NCBI GenBank assembly: GCA_030688315.1
Contig: JAUYIT010000017.1
Location: 2,845-66,844 of the forward strand
DNA: 64,000 nt
Origin: Candidatus Komeilibacteria bacterium
GTDB lineage: Bacteria > Patescibacteriota > Patescibacteriia > UBA1558 > UBA10009
Direction of reading: 5' to 3'
Below, piece after piece: positions 48,853-57,792 of this stretch. Each line of letters begins with the position of its first letter. Position 1 is the first letter of the stretch. The notes beneath the pieces were generated by a model. The model was not told the origin of the DNA and ran no database searches. It worked only from the letters and a program-made list of their open reading frames with translations. Made by a program: the position numbers and the translations under genes.

Positions 48853-49948
48853 AGTATAACTTTAAGTACATATTTTCGTGGTGCTTAACGGTTTTTTTAA
48901 TATCAAATTGCTTAAGCGCTTTGCGTCTGGCATTTTTTCTGACTTTTTCCAGAAGGCCGGTTTCCTGGCGTAAATTATTAATCAGCCGAGCCAGGTCCAG
49001 ATAATCGCCGTTTTTGAAAAAAAAGCCGGTTTGATAATCGCTGATTACGCTCATTAAACCGCCGGTTCTGGCGGCAATAACCGGAATGCCGCAGGCCATG
49101 GCCTCGGCCGCCACCAAACCAAAACCTTCCCATTTTGAAGGAATAATTAAAAAATCCAACTGGTGGAAAAAGTCCCTGACTTTTACTCCTGGGGTTTCCC
49201 AAATCAACTGGCGTTGAACGTTTAAATCGGCCGCTAGCTGGGTTAAGGGCTCTTTTAATGATCCTTCGCCCTTAATGATTAAATGCGCCTTAAGGCCCAT
49301 TTTTTTTAGCTCTAGCAGGGCTTTAAAGGCCACCTCATGGCCTTTTTGCTCTTCCAGCCGGCCAAGGATCCCTAGCCGCACAGGATTTTGCGGGCAATAG
49401 TCGTTTTTATAGGGGAAGCGCGAAAAATCAATGCCGTTATGAATGACGGTTATTTTTGATTCTTTAATTTTTTCGTGGCAGATTTGGTAATCTTTGACTT
49501 CGTCGGAAACGGCGATAATTTTATCCGAAACCAAACTTAGAATTTTTTTGAGGATTTTTTTGGACCGGCCTTCATCAAGATTAATGTTATGTTCGGTGGA
49601 AACGATAATCGGTATTTTAGCCAGCCAGGCCGCCAAACGGCCCCAGGTATCGCCGGCAAACAAGTGGGTATGGACCACGGCAATGCGCTGGGCCTGCAGA
49701 TATTTTTTAATTTGCCATAAGGTACCTAGGCCCAGTTTGCTGGTTTTATGGAAAATTTTTACGGTCACGCCTGTTTTGGTAAACCAAGGCAGCAAATCGC
49801 CCGAACCCATTACGGTCAGCAAATGGATCTCGTAGATCTCTTTAGGCAGGTGCTTGATAATATCCAAAACCATTCGTTCGGCGCCGCCCCACGATAAACC
49901 GCAAACAATAAAAGCAAGTTTAATTTTGTCGGGCATTTTTTGTACCAT
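48815..49948 (-). CDS. GT4 glycosyltransferase
   Basis: GGAERM, STEHN, IHNGID, GRLEEQKGH, EGFGLVAAEAMA. Confidence 0.92.
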   Translation of the reverse strand: MVQKMPDKIKLAFIVCGLSWGGAERMVLDIIKHLPKEIYEIHLLTVMGSGDLLPWFTKTGVTVKIFHKTSKLGLGTLWQIKKYLQAQRIAVVHTHLFAGDTWGRLAAWLAKIPIIVSTEHNINLDEGRSKKILKKILSLVSDKIIAVSDEVKDYQICHEKIKESKITVIHNGIDFSRFPYKNDYCPQNPVRLGILGRLEEQKGHEVAFKALLELKKMGLKAHLIIKGEGSLKEPLTQLAADLNVQRQLIWETPGVKVRDFFHQLDFLIIPSKWEGFGLVAAEAMACGIPVIAARTGGLMSVISDYQTGFFFKNGDYLDLARLINNLRQETGLLEKVRKNARRKALKQFDIKKTVKHHENMYLKLYYENIIGQQILLP

Positions 49949-51353
49949 ATATGTTAATTGCGGCCGCTAAAATTCCCAGTGGCAGCCACATTTTGGCGGT
50001 AAAGTATGAAGTAGTAAATAATTGCAGGGTGACGGCGCTGGCCGCGGCAATTAGGGCGTAGCCAATGATAATCTGGCAGGATAAATTTTTTCGCTTAATA
50101 AAGATCTTTATCTTTTTGCCAAAAAACCAGATCAAAAAAATTATAAACGTGGCTAGGCCCAGCCAGCCGGTTTCGGCTAAAATTTTTAACGGCCAGCCGT
50201 GCGCTTCCAGATTGCCGCCAAATTCCCTTACAAAAAACGGATCGCGGTTGATAATTTCCATAAAACTGCCCGGACCCGCTCCTAAATAAGGGCTAAATGA
50301 TAAGGTGTCCCAGCCGATTTGCCATTGCAATAACCGGTTGGTGTTGGATAAACTAACTTCATTGCTGGTTAAAAAGGGGATAGCGATTAGAATTACGACC
50401 AATAAAGTTAACAAAACCGGCCGGGCCAATTTTTTATAAACATTTTTAAGGCGGTTTTTTAAATTGAACTGATGTTTAGCTTCAATGTTTAACAAAATTA
50501 CCGTCAGGCCGATTACCAGTGCTAAGGCCAGCCAGCCGCCCCGGGATAGGGTCAACAAACTGACTAGGCCTATAAAAATTACCGCGGCCAACAGTTTGTT
50601 TTTTAATTTGGGTTGGTAACCTCTTAGTTTTATCAGAATCATACCCAAGGGAATGGCGGGAATCAGTAGTTCCGCCAACAAATTATGATTGCTGCCCAGA
50701 GGGGCGAAGTTGTTTAAAAAAAACGGGGTTAGGCGTGGAATACTGTGCCAGTCAAAATTGTATAAATATTGTAAAAAACTTAAAACCGCTATTAAAAGGC
50801 AAGTAAAGAAATAAATTTTAATCAGGCGGATAAAATGCTGATGTTGGGTAATTACGTTAACGATCAAAAAAATATAGACCAGGTAGCTTAAAATGATAAA
50901 TCTGGTTAAGTATTTTAAACCTTCCGGAATAAAAAAGCTTTGAGTGGCTGAAATTACGGCAATTACCAAAAATAAACCAAACGCGCCTAGCGCGGGCCAG
51001 TTAATTTTTTTTATGGTTTTAAGTTGATTGTGGCCGTAGTTTTCCCTGATGATTTTCCACAACCAGGCTAATAAAATAACTATGCCTAGTAAATCGGCTG
51101 GCGGCGCGCTGACGGTTGAGGTCAAATGGATCTGCCAGTTGATAAAAGGGGAAAGGGCAATTAAAGCCAGAACCGCTTGGGGTAAATAATAGCTTATCCA
51201 GCGCGTAATAAAAATTAACAGCAATAATAGGATTAAAAAGGTTTTTACTTCAGCATTCAAAAAAAATAAAATAAAACTAAATAAAACCAGGCCGATTAAA
51301 ATCAACCAAGTATGTTTGTTAAAAAGGTTTTCCGTAAAATAGTTTGCTAGCAT
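49920..51353 (-). CDS. O-antigen ligase/polymerase (Wzy_C) family protein
   Basis: Many TMs; TLSRGGW, GAGPGSF, EAHG...LAETGWLG. Confidence 0.83.
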   Translation of the reverse strand: MLANYFTENLFNKHTWLILIGLVLFSFILFFLNAEVKTFLILLLLLIFITRWISYYLPQAVLALIALSPFINWQIHLTSTVSAPPADLLGIVILLAWLWKIIRENYGHNQLKTIKKINWPALGAFGLFLVIAVISATQSFFIPEGLKYLTRFIILSYLVYIFLIVNVITQHQHFIRLIKIYFFTCLLIAVLSFLQYLYNFDWHSIPRLTPFFLNNFAPLGSNHNLLAELLIPAIPLGMILIKLRGYQPKLKNKLLAAVIFIGLVSLLTLSRGGWLALALVIGLTVILLNIEAKHQFNLKNRLKNVYKKLARPVLLTLLVVILIAIPFLTSNEVSLSNTNRLLQWQIGWDTLSFSPYLGAGPGSFMEIINRDPFFVREFGGNLEAHGWPLKILAETGWLGLATFIIFLIWFFGKKIKIFIKRKNLSCQIIIGYALIAAASAVTLQLFTTSYFTAKMWLPLGILAAAINIYGTKNARQN

Positions 51354-51370
51354 ATGTTTTGAAAAAAAGT

Positions 51371-51408
51371 GCCGACTGAAAGTTGTTGTTGAACAACTTT
51401 CAGTCGGC
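51371..51408 (-). terminator. Intrinsic terminator closing the three-gene operon
   Basis: GCCGACTGAAAGTTGTT-GTTG-AACAACTTTCAGTCGGC, followed on the minus strand by a T-tract. Confidence 0.8.
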
Positions 51409-51437
51409 TTGATGCTTGCGTGTTCTGCTCAAGATGA

Positions 51438-52247
51438 CTATTCGCCACCAAAGTAGATGGTAATTTCTTCCTGATTCATTAGCCCTGTTGGCTGGGAAAT
51501 TGAACCGTCGGCGTTAAAGGTGTATGATGGCTGGATGATTTCATTGTCATCCAAACTGTACCACCTAACCTGGTAGGTCCCGATGATGTTTTCCGTGTTG
51601 TAGCGCCTGACCAGAGCGTAAATGAGCAGATCTTCAGGATTAAGAGGTTCCTGGTACTGTTCATCCACATCCCGAGACACTACAAAGTATTTACCCGGTA
51701 CACAGCCGAACCAGGCGCCGTGTTCAGATTCGTCCCAGTTGTTAACGGATCCTTGCCAGCGGTCGCTTTGTTCTTGCTGATCCCAGAAAAAGGTAACTTC
51801 GTGAGTTGGACCGGTTACGTCCTGTCGCAAAACCTCTCTGTCTCTGTTGATGCGAAATCTAAAGTAACTGCCGTTGCGGTCAATCTGTTCGTTGGTTAGG
51901 CGCGTGTTGCCGCCGCCAAAGTTGACGTAGATAGTTCTTAGTAGTTCGCCTTGCAGACCTTCGTACTTTAAAGAGACAAAGATCCATGAACCTGTGCGGA
52001 CGCGATAGCCGCCGTTACTTAGCAGTTGATAACTGCTGTATTTGGGATTGGTTATTGATCCCGCGATTACAATCGGCTCGTCGGCCTGATTGATTTCGAT
52101 CGGGTTTCCGTATTTATCCTCGATCAGCAGTTTCATGCCTTCGACCTCGTCCTCCTGCGGCTCCGTGCCCCAGTCGCTTTTGTTGCAACCGGTGGTGGTT
52201 GCGAGTAGGACTGCCAGCATTAGCAGTCCAAGTGTGAATCGTAACAT
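51438..52247 (-). CDS. Putative lipoprotein with a CBM48-like segment
   Basis: SD GAGGT before ATG 52247; lipobox TTG-C; EVTFFW...GSVNNWD motif. Confidence 0.65.
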   Translation of the reverse strand: MLRFTLGLLMLAVLLATTTGCNKSDWGTEPQEDEVEGMKLLIEDKYGNPIEINQADEPIVIAGSITNPKYSSYQLLSNGGYRVRTGSWIFVSLKYEGLQGELLRTIYVNFGGGNTRLTNEQIDRNGSYFRFRINRDREVLRQDVTGPTHEVTFFWDQQEQSDRWQGSVNNWDESEHGAWFGCVPGKYFVVSRDVDEQYQEPLNPEDLLIYALVRRYNTENIIGTYQVRWYSLDDNEIIQPSYTFNADGSISQPTGLMNQEEITIYFGGE

Positions 52248-52278
52248 TTTGTTACCTCGTGTTTGGTGTGGTTGGTGG

Positions 52279-52848
52279 TCAATTCGACGGTTTTGAGTAG
52301 AATCTGGAATTTCCACGTCGGTTTTTGGAATCGGGTTCGTTGACATCGGTCAACGTTTGAAGAGGATCAGGGGTCCAGAGCACGCCTGGTCCGTCCGAAA
52401 TTATGATCTGGTAGTCATACAAAATATCGTACCAGATTGGCACGTTATCTATCCCGTATAGACCATTACCCAGGTGGGTGAGTTTGTACCAGCGGTCTTT
52501 GTTCCAATTTAGACCGTACACGTCAATTACGCCATCGGGTTTGGCAAAACGATGACCGGCCAGATAGATTTCCGTTTTGGCCGGGTCAAAACCCGTTACC
52601 AGCGGTTTACCATCGGGAGAGATTCGCACCTTTGTGCGAAAGTCCGAACTTGCCGGAAGTGATTTGTTATCCAGCGCATTTTTTAGGTCATATCGGAACG
52701 TGATTTTGATCACGGGTCCTTCGGTTCCAGTGCCAATTTCACCGAAGGTGATTGAAGCCGGGGTTGCGGGCCGGCTTTGAGCCTGCAGATTGTCCGCTCC
52801 GCTGATTAGCAAAGCGAACGCCAGTGAGAGTGCGTAGAATATACGCAT
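52279..52848 (-). CDS. Secreted protein with a CBM48/E-set-like (glycogen-binding-like) domain
   Basis: SD AAGGAG; signal peptide; IYLAG..NWN..LGNGLY..YDYQIII..WTPDP..GNS pattern. Confidence 0.6.
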   Translation of the reverse strand: MRIFYALSLAFALLISGADNLQAQSRPATPASITFGEIGTGTEGPVIKITFRYDLKNALDNKSLPASSDFRTKVRISPDGKPLVTGFDPAKTEIYLAGHRFAKPDGVIDVYGLNWNKDRWYKLTHLGNGLYGIDNVPIWYDILYDYQIIISDGPGVLWTPDPLQTLTDVNEPDSKNRRGNSRFYSKPSN

Positions 52849-52865
52849 GTTGTTCTCCTTCAGTT

Positions 52866-54239
52866 TTAGTTTTTGATTTCTGTTCGTTTGTAGAACTGGA
52901 AGCCCAGGCAGAATTCAACGCCGACGTATCCGCCGAAGTAGCCGTAGCCGGCTTCTCCGATCAATGATAGCCAATTATCTCTGCCCCAAGGCCTAAAGTA
53001 CTCGATTAATGCTCCCGCTCGGCGGTAAGAGTAATCGGGTTCAAAAGTTTTGCCGCCGCCTTCATGAAAGAATTCGGCGCCAAGATAGATATCACCGCCG
53101 GCCTTGTGCCACATCAAGCGCTCTAAGCGGGCGCGATCCCAAAAGTAACCGTAAAAGTTATTTTGGGGATCTTCGGTCAGCTTAAAGAAGATGAGGCCAA
53201 GTTTCCACTTGCCGCGAATGATAATGGCCTCAAGTTCTGTATCCAGGCCATCATTTTTTCTGCCATCATACCAGCTTTTGCCGGCATTAAAGTAGAAAAT
53301 ATGCAGGGGAATCGGTTCCAGGCGCAAGCCAAGCTTGTAGCCATAGGTTCGATTCATACCCCGGTAGCTGAAGTCGCCCGGGTGGCCAGAGGGATCATAG
53401 CTTGCCTGCCCGCTATTAAAAGCTTTAGCCGACAAACTCAAAATCCTTGAGCAAACCGGATACCAAATAACTCTACCGCCAGGAATCTGGAGGTAAGGAT
53501 AGTTGCCTACTATTCCCGTAGAGTTATAAAATTCCATCTCCCACCTTAAACATTCCTTGATCTGCGGTGTAAACACCGGCGGTTCAATGAATGTGGATAT
53601 AGCGGGTTTGGGTACAATTACTGGCGGTGGAGGTGGCGGAGCCACATAGACAAAAAAGGTTTCTCGGGCGGTTTTTGACCACCCGATGTTGTTGCACGCC
53701 TTAAAGTGAAGCAACGTCCAAGTGGTTTTGCTTACCACCCAGCCGCTATCCACCCTAAGTGAGTCCGTTTGCCAGACCAGATAGGCCACTGCCCACAGTT
53801 TCTGGTCAGGAATATTGATCCAGGCGCAAACAACGCTGTCCTTGATATCACGGACGGTTCCGTCATCCCTTAACCCAAACGATAGCTGTTCCAAATAGCC
53901 ACCGTTGGGGATGGAGACGGAATCGATCGCTTGGCTATGCGCCAGATGGGTGATAAACCCTCTGGTTTCCGCCTCGGGGTATCTTTCCACTCGACCCAGT
54001 TCGCTTAACTGGTCTTTGGCGTTTTTAGGCGCGTAAGGCAAGTCGGGCGCGTCCAGGCCGATGGCTAGGCACCATTCGGCTTTGATTTGCGGCGGCACGC
54101 GCAAGTTTCTGACCTCGGCTACGCCCAGGCCGGATTTGTTGCCGCCAACTACTTTCCAGGGGTAAAGCTTTGCTTCAGCTGTTGACCCAAGAAAGGCCAA
54201 AGCCAGGCAAACCAGTCCTCCTGTTTTTAGAACTTTCAT
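52866..54239 (-). CDS. Secreted hypothetical protein with a poly-Pro linker and beta-strand-rich C-terminal domain
   Basis: SD GAGG; signal peptide; APPPPPP; alternating hydrophobic/aromatic strands. Confidence 0.65.
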   Translation of the reverse strand: MKVLKTGGLVCLALAFLGSTAEAKLYPWKVVGGNKSGLGVAEVRNLRVPPQIKAEWCLAIGLDAPDLPYAPKNAKDQLSELGRVERYPEAETRGFITHLAHSQAIDSVSIPNGGYLEQLSFGLRDDGTVRDIKDSVVCAWINIPDQKLWAVAYLVWQTDSLRVDSGWVVSKTTWTLLHFKACNNIGWSKTARETFFVYVAPPPPPPVIVPKPAISTFIEPPVFTPQIKECLRWEMEFYNSTGIVGNYPYLQIPGGRVIWYPVCSRILSLSAKAFNSGQASYDPSGHPGDFSYRGMNRTYGYKLGLRLEPIPLHIFYFNAGKSWYDGRKNDGLDTELEAIIIRGKWKLGLIFFKLTEDPQNNFYGYFWDRARLERLMWHKAGGDIYLGAEFFHEGGGKTFEPDYSYRRAGALIEYFRPWGRDNWLSLIGEAGYGYFGGYVGVEFCLGFQFYKRTEIKN

Positions 54240-54269
54240 GGGTTCCTCGCTTTCTGGATTGTTTTTGGT

Positions 54270-54340
54270 GAGTTGATCGCTTTAACTATCTCCTAGACAC
54301 GCTAAGAAATAGTTTAGCAACCAACTCAATGTCAATGTGC
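54270..54340 (-). promoter_or_regulatory. Structured 5' leader: boxA-like motif followed by a long G.U-rich hairpin
   Basis: Minus strand GCACATTGACA then GAGTTGGTTGCTAAACTATTTCTTAG-CGTGT-CTAGGAGATAGTTAAAGCGATCAACTC. Confidence 0.55.
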
Positions 54341-54435
54341 TTTTTGCGCGTAGTAAAAAATAAAATTTTACCGCCCGCAAATGGCGCATTGGAAGTTTTA
54401 TGCATAATTGCAATTTAATGAAAATTACCGCCTTA

Positions 54436-55044
54436 TCATTTTAAAGACCGGTTAAAATTCAAGTAAATATGAAGATAGGCCAAAGCCAGGCCAGTTAGCC
54501 CCGCAAGGATTAAATTTAAAAGAAAATTGGGACGGGCCGGATAACGCGAGGAAAGGGGAGGGTTAACCAGTTTTAGGCGGATGTTTTCGCCTCCGCCATG
54601 AAACTCATCGCCTTGTGCCAGTAGGGTTTGGATAATGGCATAATTAAGATTGACCGCGTTTTGCGGCACCGGGTCATAAACGCTTATTTCCAGCAAGGAA
54701 TTAACGGCCCTAGCTTCAACTTTTCTTTCCCATTGCTGTCTTTTTTTAGCTTCATCAACCTCTAAAAAATTTAAAGGCACAATGGGCTGGGTTTCCTGCA
54801 AAACAGCCACAAATGAAGCGGTGCCGATAATTTCGGCCAGATTTTGGCTTAATTTTTCGGAAGCGCGCGCCGCCGAATACGCGTCCAAATTGGGCAAAAT
54901 TTTATGAATTACCAAAATTTGCGAATTAGCCCGGTATTCCAACGGCTGCAGCAAAGTTAAACCAACCGCTAAAACAGCTGCGATCAACGGATAAACCAGG
55001 TAAATCCTCCACCAATTCCTGTTAGGTTCTAAAAATTCGCTCAT
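54436..55044 (-). CDS. Wzz/YveK-like polysaccharide chain-length determinant
   Basis: Two TMs; P.EYRANSQILV; C-terminal P..P.RPN...N....G motif. Confidence 0.8.
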   Translation of the reverse strand: MSEFLEPNRNWWRIYLVYPLIAAVLAVGLTLLQPLEYRANSQILVIHKILPNLDAYSAARASEKLSQNLAEIIGTASFVAVLQETQPIVPLNFLEVDEAKKRQQWERKVEARAVNSLLEISVYDPVPQNAVNLNYAIIQTLLAQGDEFHGGGENIRLKLVNPPLSSRYPARPNFLLNLILAGLTGLALAYLHIYLNFNRSLK

Positions 55045-55069
55045 ATTAGATAAAAATCTTTACAATTTC

Positions 55070-55137
55070 ATTTTACACTTAATGTATATATTGTCAAATA
55101 AGTAACTTTTGTACATTTTATCAATTTGCGCTATACT
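55070..55137. promoter_or_regulatory. Divergent promoters with 9-bp-phased operator-like repeats
   Basis: Minus TTGACA-16-TAAAAT; plus TTGTAC-17-TATACT; TGTATA/TGTCAA/AGTAAC/TGTACA/TATCAA at 55083/55092/55101/55110/55119. Confidence 0.6.
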
Positions 55138-55274
55138 AACTTCAGTGGCGATCCGGGTAAAAATGCGGTCGGCCCGATAATGGCTAAGGTAGGCGGTTAT
55201 AAGGTAAAAGTTTTGGGGTTAAGCGTGATTTAAGTAAAAACAAGCATAAAATTTAGAGTGTATAAGCTGTGTAT

Positions 55275-56438
55275 ATGATAAATAAAACAATTGCCATTTT
55301 AGGCCACCGGGGGATTCCGGCCAGTTACGGCGGGTTTGAAACGCTGGCGGCTGAAATTAGCCCTTTACTAGCGCAACATGGGCTGATTGTGACTAATTAC
55401 TGTCGCGGCTACTTAAACACGGGTTTAAAATCCTATCTGGGTAGCCGCTTGATTTATTTACCGGCTTGGCGGTTTAAATCGTTGGAAACCTTAAGCCATA
55501 CTTTTTTTGCTACTATCCACTTATACCTGCATCCAACCGATTGCGCTCTAGTGCTTAACGTGGGTAATGCCTTGTTTGCCTGGCTGTTAAAATTAAGGGG
55601 GATTAAGGTTTTACTCAATGTGGACGGCCTAGAATGGCGACGAAAAAAATGGGGACCGCCCGCTCGCGCTTATTTTAAATTTTCCGCCTGGCTGGCCACT
55701 AAGGCGGCTCACGCTTTAATTACCGATTCGGAACAGGTTAAAAACTTTTATTTAAAAAGATTCAATAAAGAAAGTTTAATGATTCCTTACGGCGCTACAC
55801 AGGCGGAAACCGAAAATGATCAGGAAATATTGGCTGAATACGGGCTGGAACCCAAAAAGTACTTCTTATTTTTAGCCAGGTTTGAACCGGAGAATAATCC
55901 TTTGCTGGTCAGGCAGGCCTATGAAAAATCAGCGACCAAAATGCCTATAGTAATGGTGGGCGACGCGCCTTACGCTCAAAATTATATTAGCCGCGTTAAA
56001 AAAACCGCTGACCAGCGGGTAAAATTTTTAAGCGCGGTTTACGGGGCTAAAGCCAAAGTTTTAATGAAGAACGCCCTGGCCTATATCCGGGCCAGTGAAG
56101 TGGGCGGGATTTCTCCGGCTTTAGTGGAAACTATGGGATTAGGAACTTGCGTAATTGCCAATGACACCGGGGCCAATCATCAAGCCGCCGGCGCTGACGG
56201 CATTTACTACCAATTAGGCGACGGTTCATTGACTGAAATTCTGGATTTTATTTCCATAAATCCTCATTTGGCCGTTGACTTAGGTGTAAAACTCAAAAAA
56301 ACCGCCAGAATCAAATTTGCCTGGCCTAAAATAGCCGAACAATATTTTAAATTAATCAATTCGGTCGTGGCGCCGGATAAGGCGGTTTCCGTCAAAGCGA
56401 TTCCTAAATCGCCCTTACGCCAGGCATCAAGAACCTAA
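55275..56438 (+). CDS. GT4 glycosyltransferase with a DUF1972 domain
   Basis: GHRGIPASYGGFET, NVDGLEWRRKKW, ARFEPENN, EVGG..PALVE. Confidence 0.9.
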   Translation: MINKTIAILGHRGIPASYGGFETLAAEISPLLAQHGLIVTNYCRGYLNTGLKSYLGSRLIYLPAWRFKSLETLSHTFFATIHLYLHPTDCALVLNVGNALFAWLLKLRGIKVLLNVDGLEWRRKKWGPPARAYFKFSAWLATKAAHALITDSEQVKNFYLKRFNKESLMIPYGATQAETENDQEILAEYGLEPKKYFLFLARFEPENNPLLVRQAYEKSATKMPIVMVGDAPYAQNYISRVKKTADQRVKFLSAVYGAKAKVLMKNALAYIRASEVGGISPALVETMGLGTCVIANDTGANHQAAGADGIYYQLGDGSLTEILDFISINPHLAVDLGVKLKKTARIKFAWPKIAEQYFKLINSVVAPDKAVSVKAIPKSPLRQASRT

Positions 56439-56449
56439 CCCAAATTTAT

Positions 56450-57451
56450 ATGGTTAATAATAAATCCAGCAATAAGATATTAATTACCGGCGCCGGCGGC
56501 ATGCTTGGCCAGTCGGTCTACCGGCATTTTTCCAAAAACAATCAGGTTTGGGCCACGGATATTGATTTAAACGAGTGGTGGCTGGAATATTTGGACGTTA
56601 AAAATTTTGCCAGTTATGAAAATTGGGTCAGAAAAACAAAACCCGACTATATTTTTCATCTGGCCGCCGAAACCGATCTGGAAAAATGCGAAACAAATCA
56701 GTCCGAAGCCCTGGGCAATAATTTTTTAGGCGTTAAAAACGGTGCTTTAATTGCCAAAAAATACGGGATTAAATTTATTTATACTTCAACGGCCGGCGTG
56801 TTTGGCGGCGGCCAGGCCAGTTTTACCGAGCAAGATCGGCCCTGTCCGCTTAATTTTTACGCCAAAACCAAATATTGGGGCGAACTAGCTGTGCAATCAA
56901 CTTTGCGGGATTATTTAATTATCAGACCCGGTTGGATGATGGGCGGCGGCCAGGCCAAAGATAAAAAATTTATTTCTAAAATTATCAAAAAAATCTCCTT
57001 GGGTGAAACGGAGCTTAAAATTGTGGATGACCGCCAGGGCACGCCCACTTACACCGAGGATTTGGCTAAAAATTTGGATTTACTGCTTAATAAAAATCAG
57101 CGCGGTTTGTGGCATATGGTTAATCAGGGCAGTTGTTCGCGCTTTGAGGTGGCTCAAGCCATGGTTGAAGAGCTTGGATACGCGGAACAAATAAAAGTAA
57201 CTAAGGTCAAATCCGATTACTATCAAAAAGAATATTTTGCCGCGCGGCCTGATTCGGAAGCGCTGGTTAACCGCCGGCTGATAGATAACAATTTGCTGTT
57301 AATGAATCATTGGCGGGTTGCCGTTAAGAGTTATTTAAAAAATGATTTTACATCCTATTACGCTAAATCCGCGCCAACTTTATATCGGTTGGTCAATAAA
57401 ATGAGTTTAAACAAAAAAACGTCTTTTAAAAAAAACGTTTTTACCACCTAG
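56450..57451 (+). CDS. RmlD-like NAD(P)-dependent sugar reductase
   Basis: GAGGMLG, HLAAETD, STAGVF, YAKTK, GTPTY. Confidence 0.85.
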   Translation: MVNNKSSNKILITGAGGMLGQSVYRHFSKNNQVWATDIDLNEWWLEYLDVKNFASYENWVRKTKPDYIFHLAAETDLEKCETNQSEALGNNFLGVKNGALIAKKYGIKFIYTSTAGVFGGGQASFTEQDRPCPLNFYAKTKYWGELAVQSTLRDYLIIRPGWMMGGGQAKDKKFISKIIKKISLGETELKIVDDRQGTPTYTEDLAKNLDLLLNKNQRGLWHMVNQGSCSRFEVAQAMVEELGYAEQIKVTKVKSDYYQKEYFAARPDSEALVNRRLIDNNLLLMNHWRVAVKSYLKNDFTSYYAKSAPTLYRLVNKMSLNKKTSFKKNVFTT

Positions 57452-57461
57452 CCAATAATCC

Positions 57462-57785
57462 TTATTGCTGCGGCGTTGAGGTGGGGGAGATGATTATTTC
57501 GGGCGATTCTTCTTCCTGGCTGAAAATTCTAAAAGGATTATGATTAATGGTTAGGGTGCTGGTGGAGTTTTGCGCTTGGGCCAGCCAATTTTCCAAATCC
57601 CGGGCGTTGTTTATATCCACCTGTTTGACGGAAACGTATTCCAAAAGGCCGCTGACCTGGTCGGACATAATTTTTGTTTCACCGCGCTTGGCATAAGCGC
57701 TAAAAACCAGCCAACCGGCCGAAAGCAAAATCAGGCCGGTAAACGAAAGCAGTAAAAAATGGTAGGCGATTGTAATTTTTTTCAT
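57462..57785 (-). CDS. Small membrane-anchored protein at the end of pilMNO (PilP position)
   Basis: N-terminal TM; NPF motif; operon position. Confidence 0.6.
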   Translation of the reverse strand: MKKITIAYHFLLLSFTGLILLSAGWLVFSAYAKRGETKIMSDQVSGLLEYVSVKQVDINNARDLENWLAQAQNSTSTLTINHNPFRIFSQEEESPEIIISPTSTPQQ

Positions 57786-57792
57786 TCGATTA

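Noticed and set aside
43748-55100. Resemblance of the TGTATA-TWW-TGTMAAAT motif to the dif spacer plus XerD arm (pdif-like sites)
   Set aside because: The inner TAA/TTA bases and the XerC arm are not conserved across copies, and each copy coincides with a -35 box. An operator/promoter reading fits better, though dif is not formally excluded
55140-55210. ops/JUMPstart-like GGCGGT in the GT4 leader
   Set aside because: Only GGCGGTTA is present, not GGCGGTAG, and the JUMPstart stem is absent
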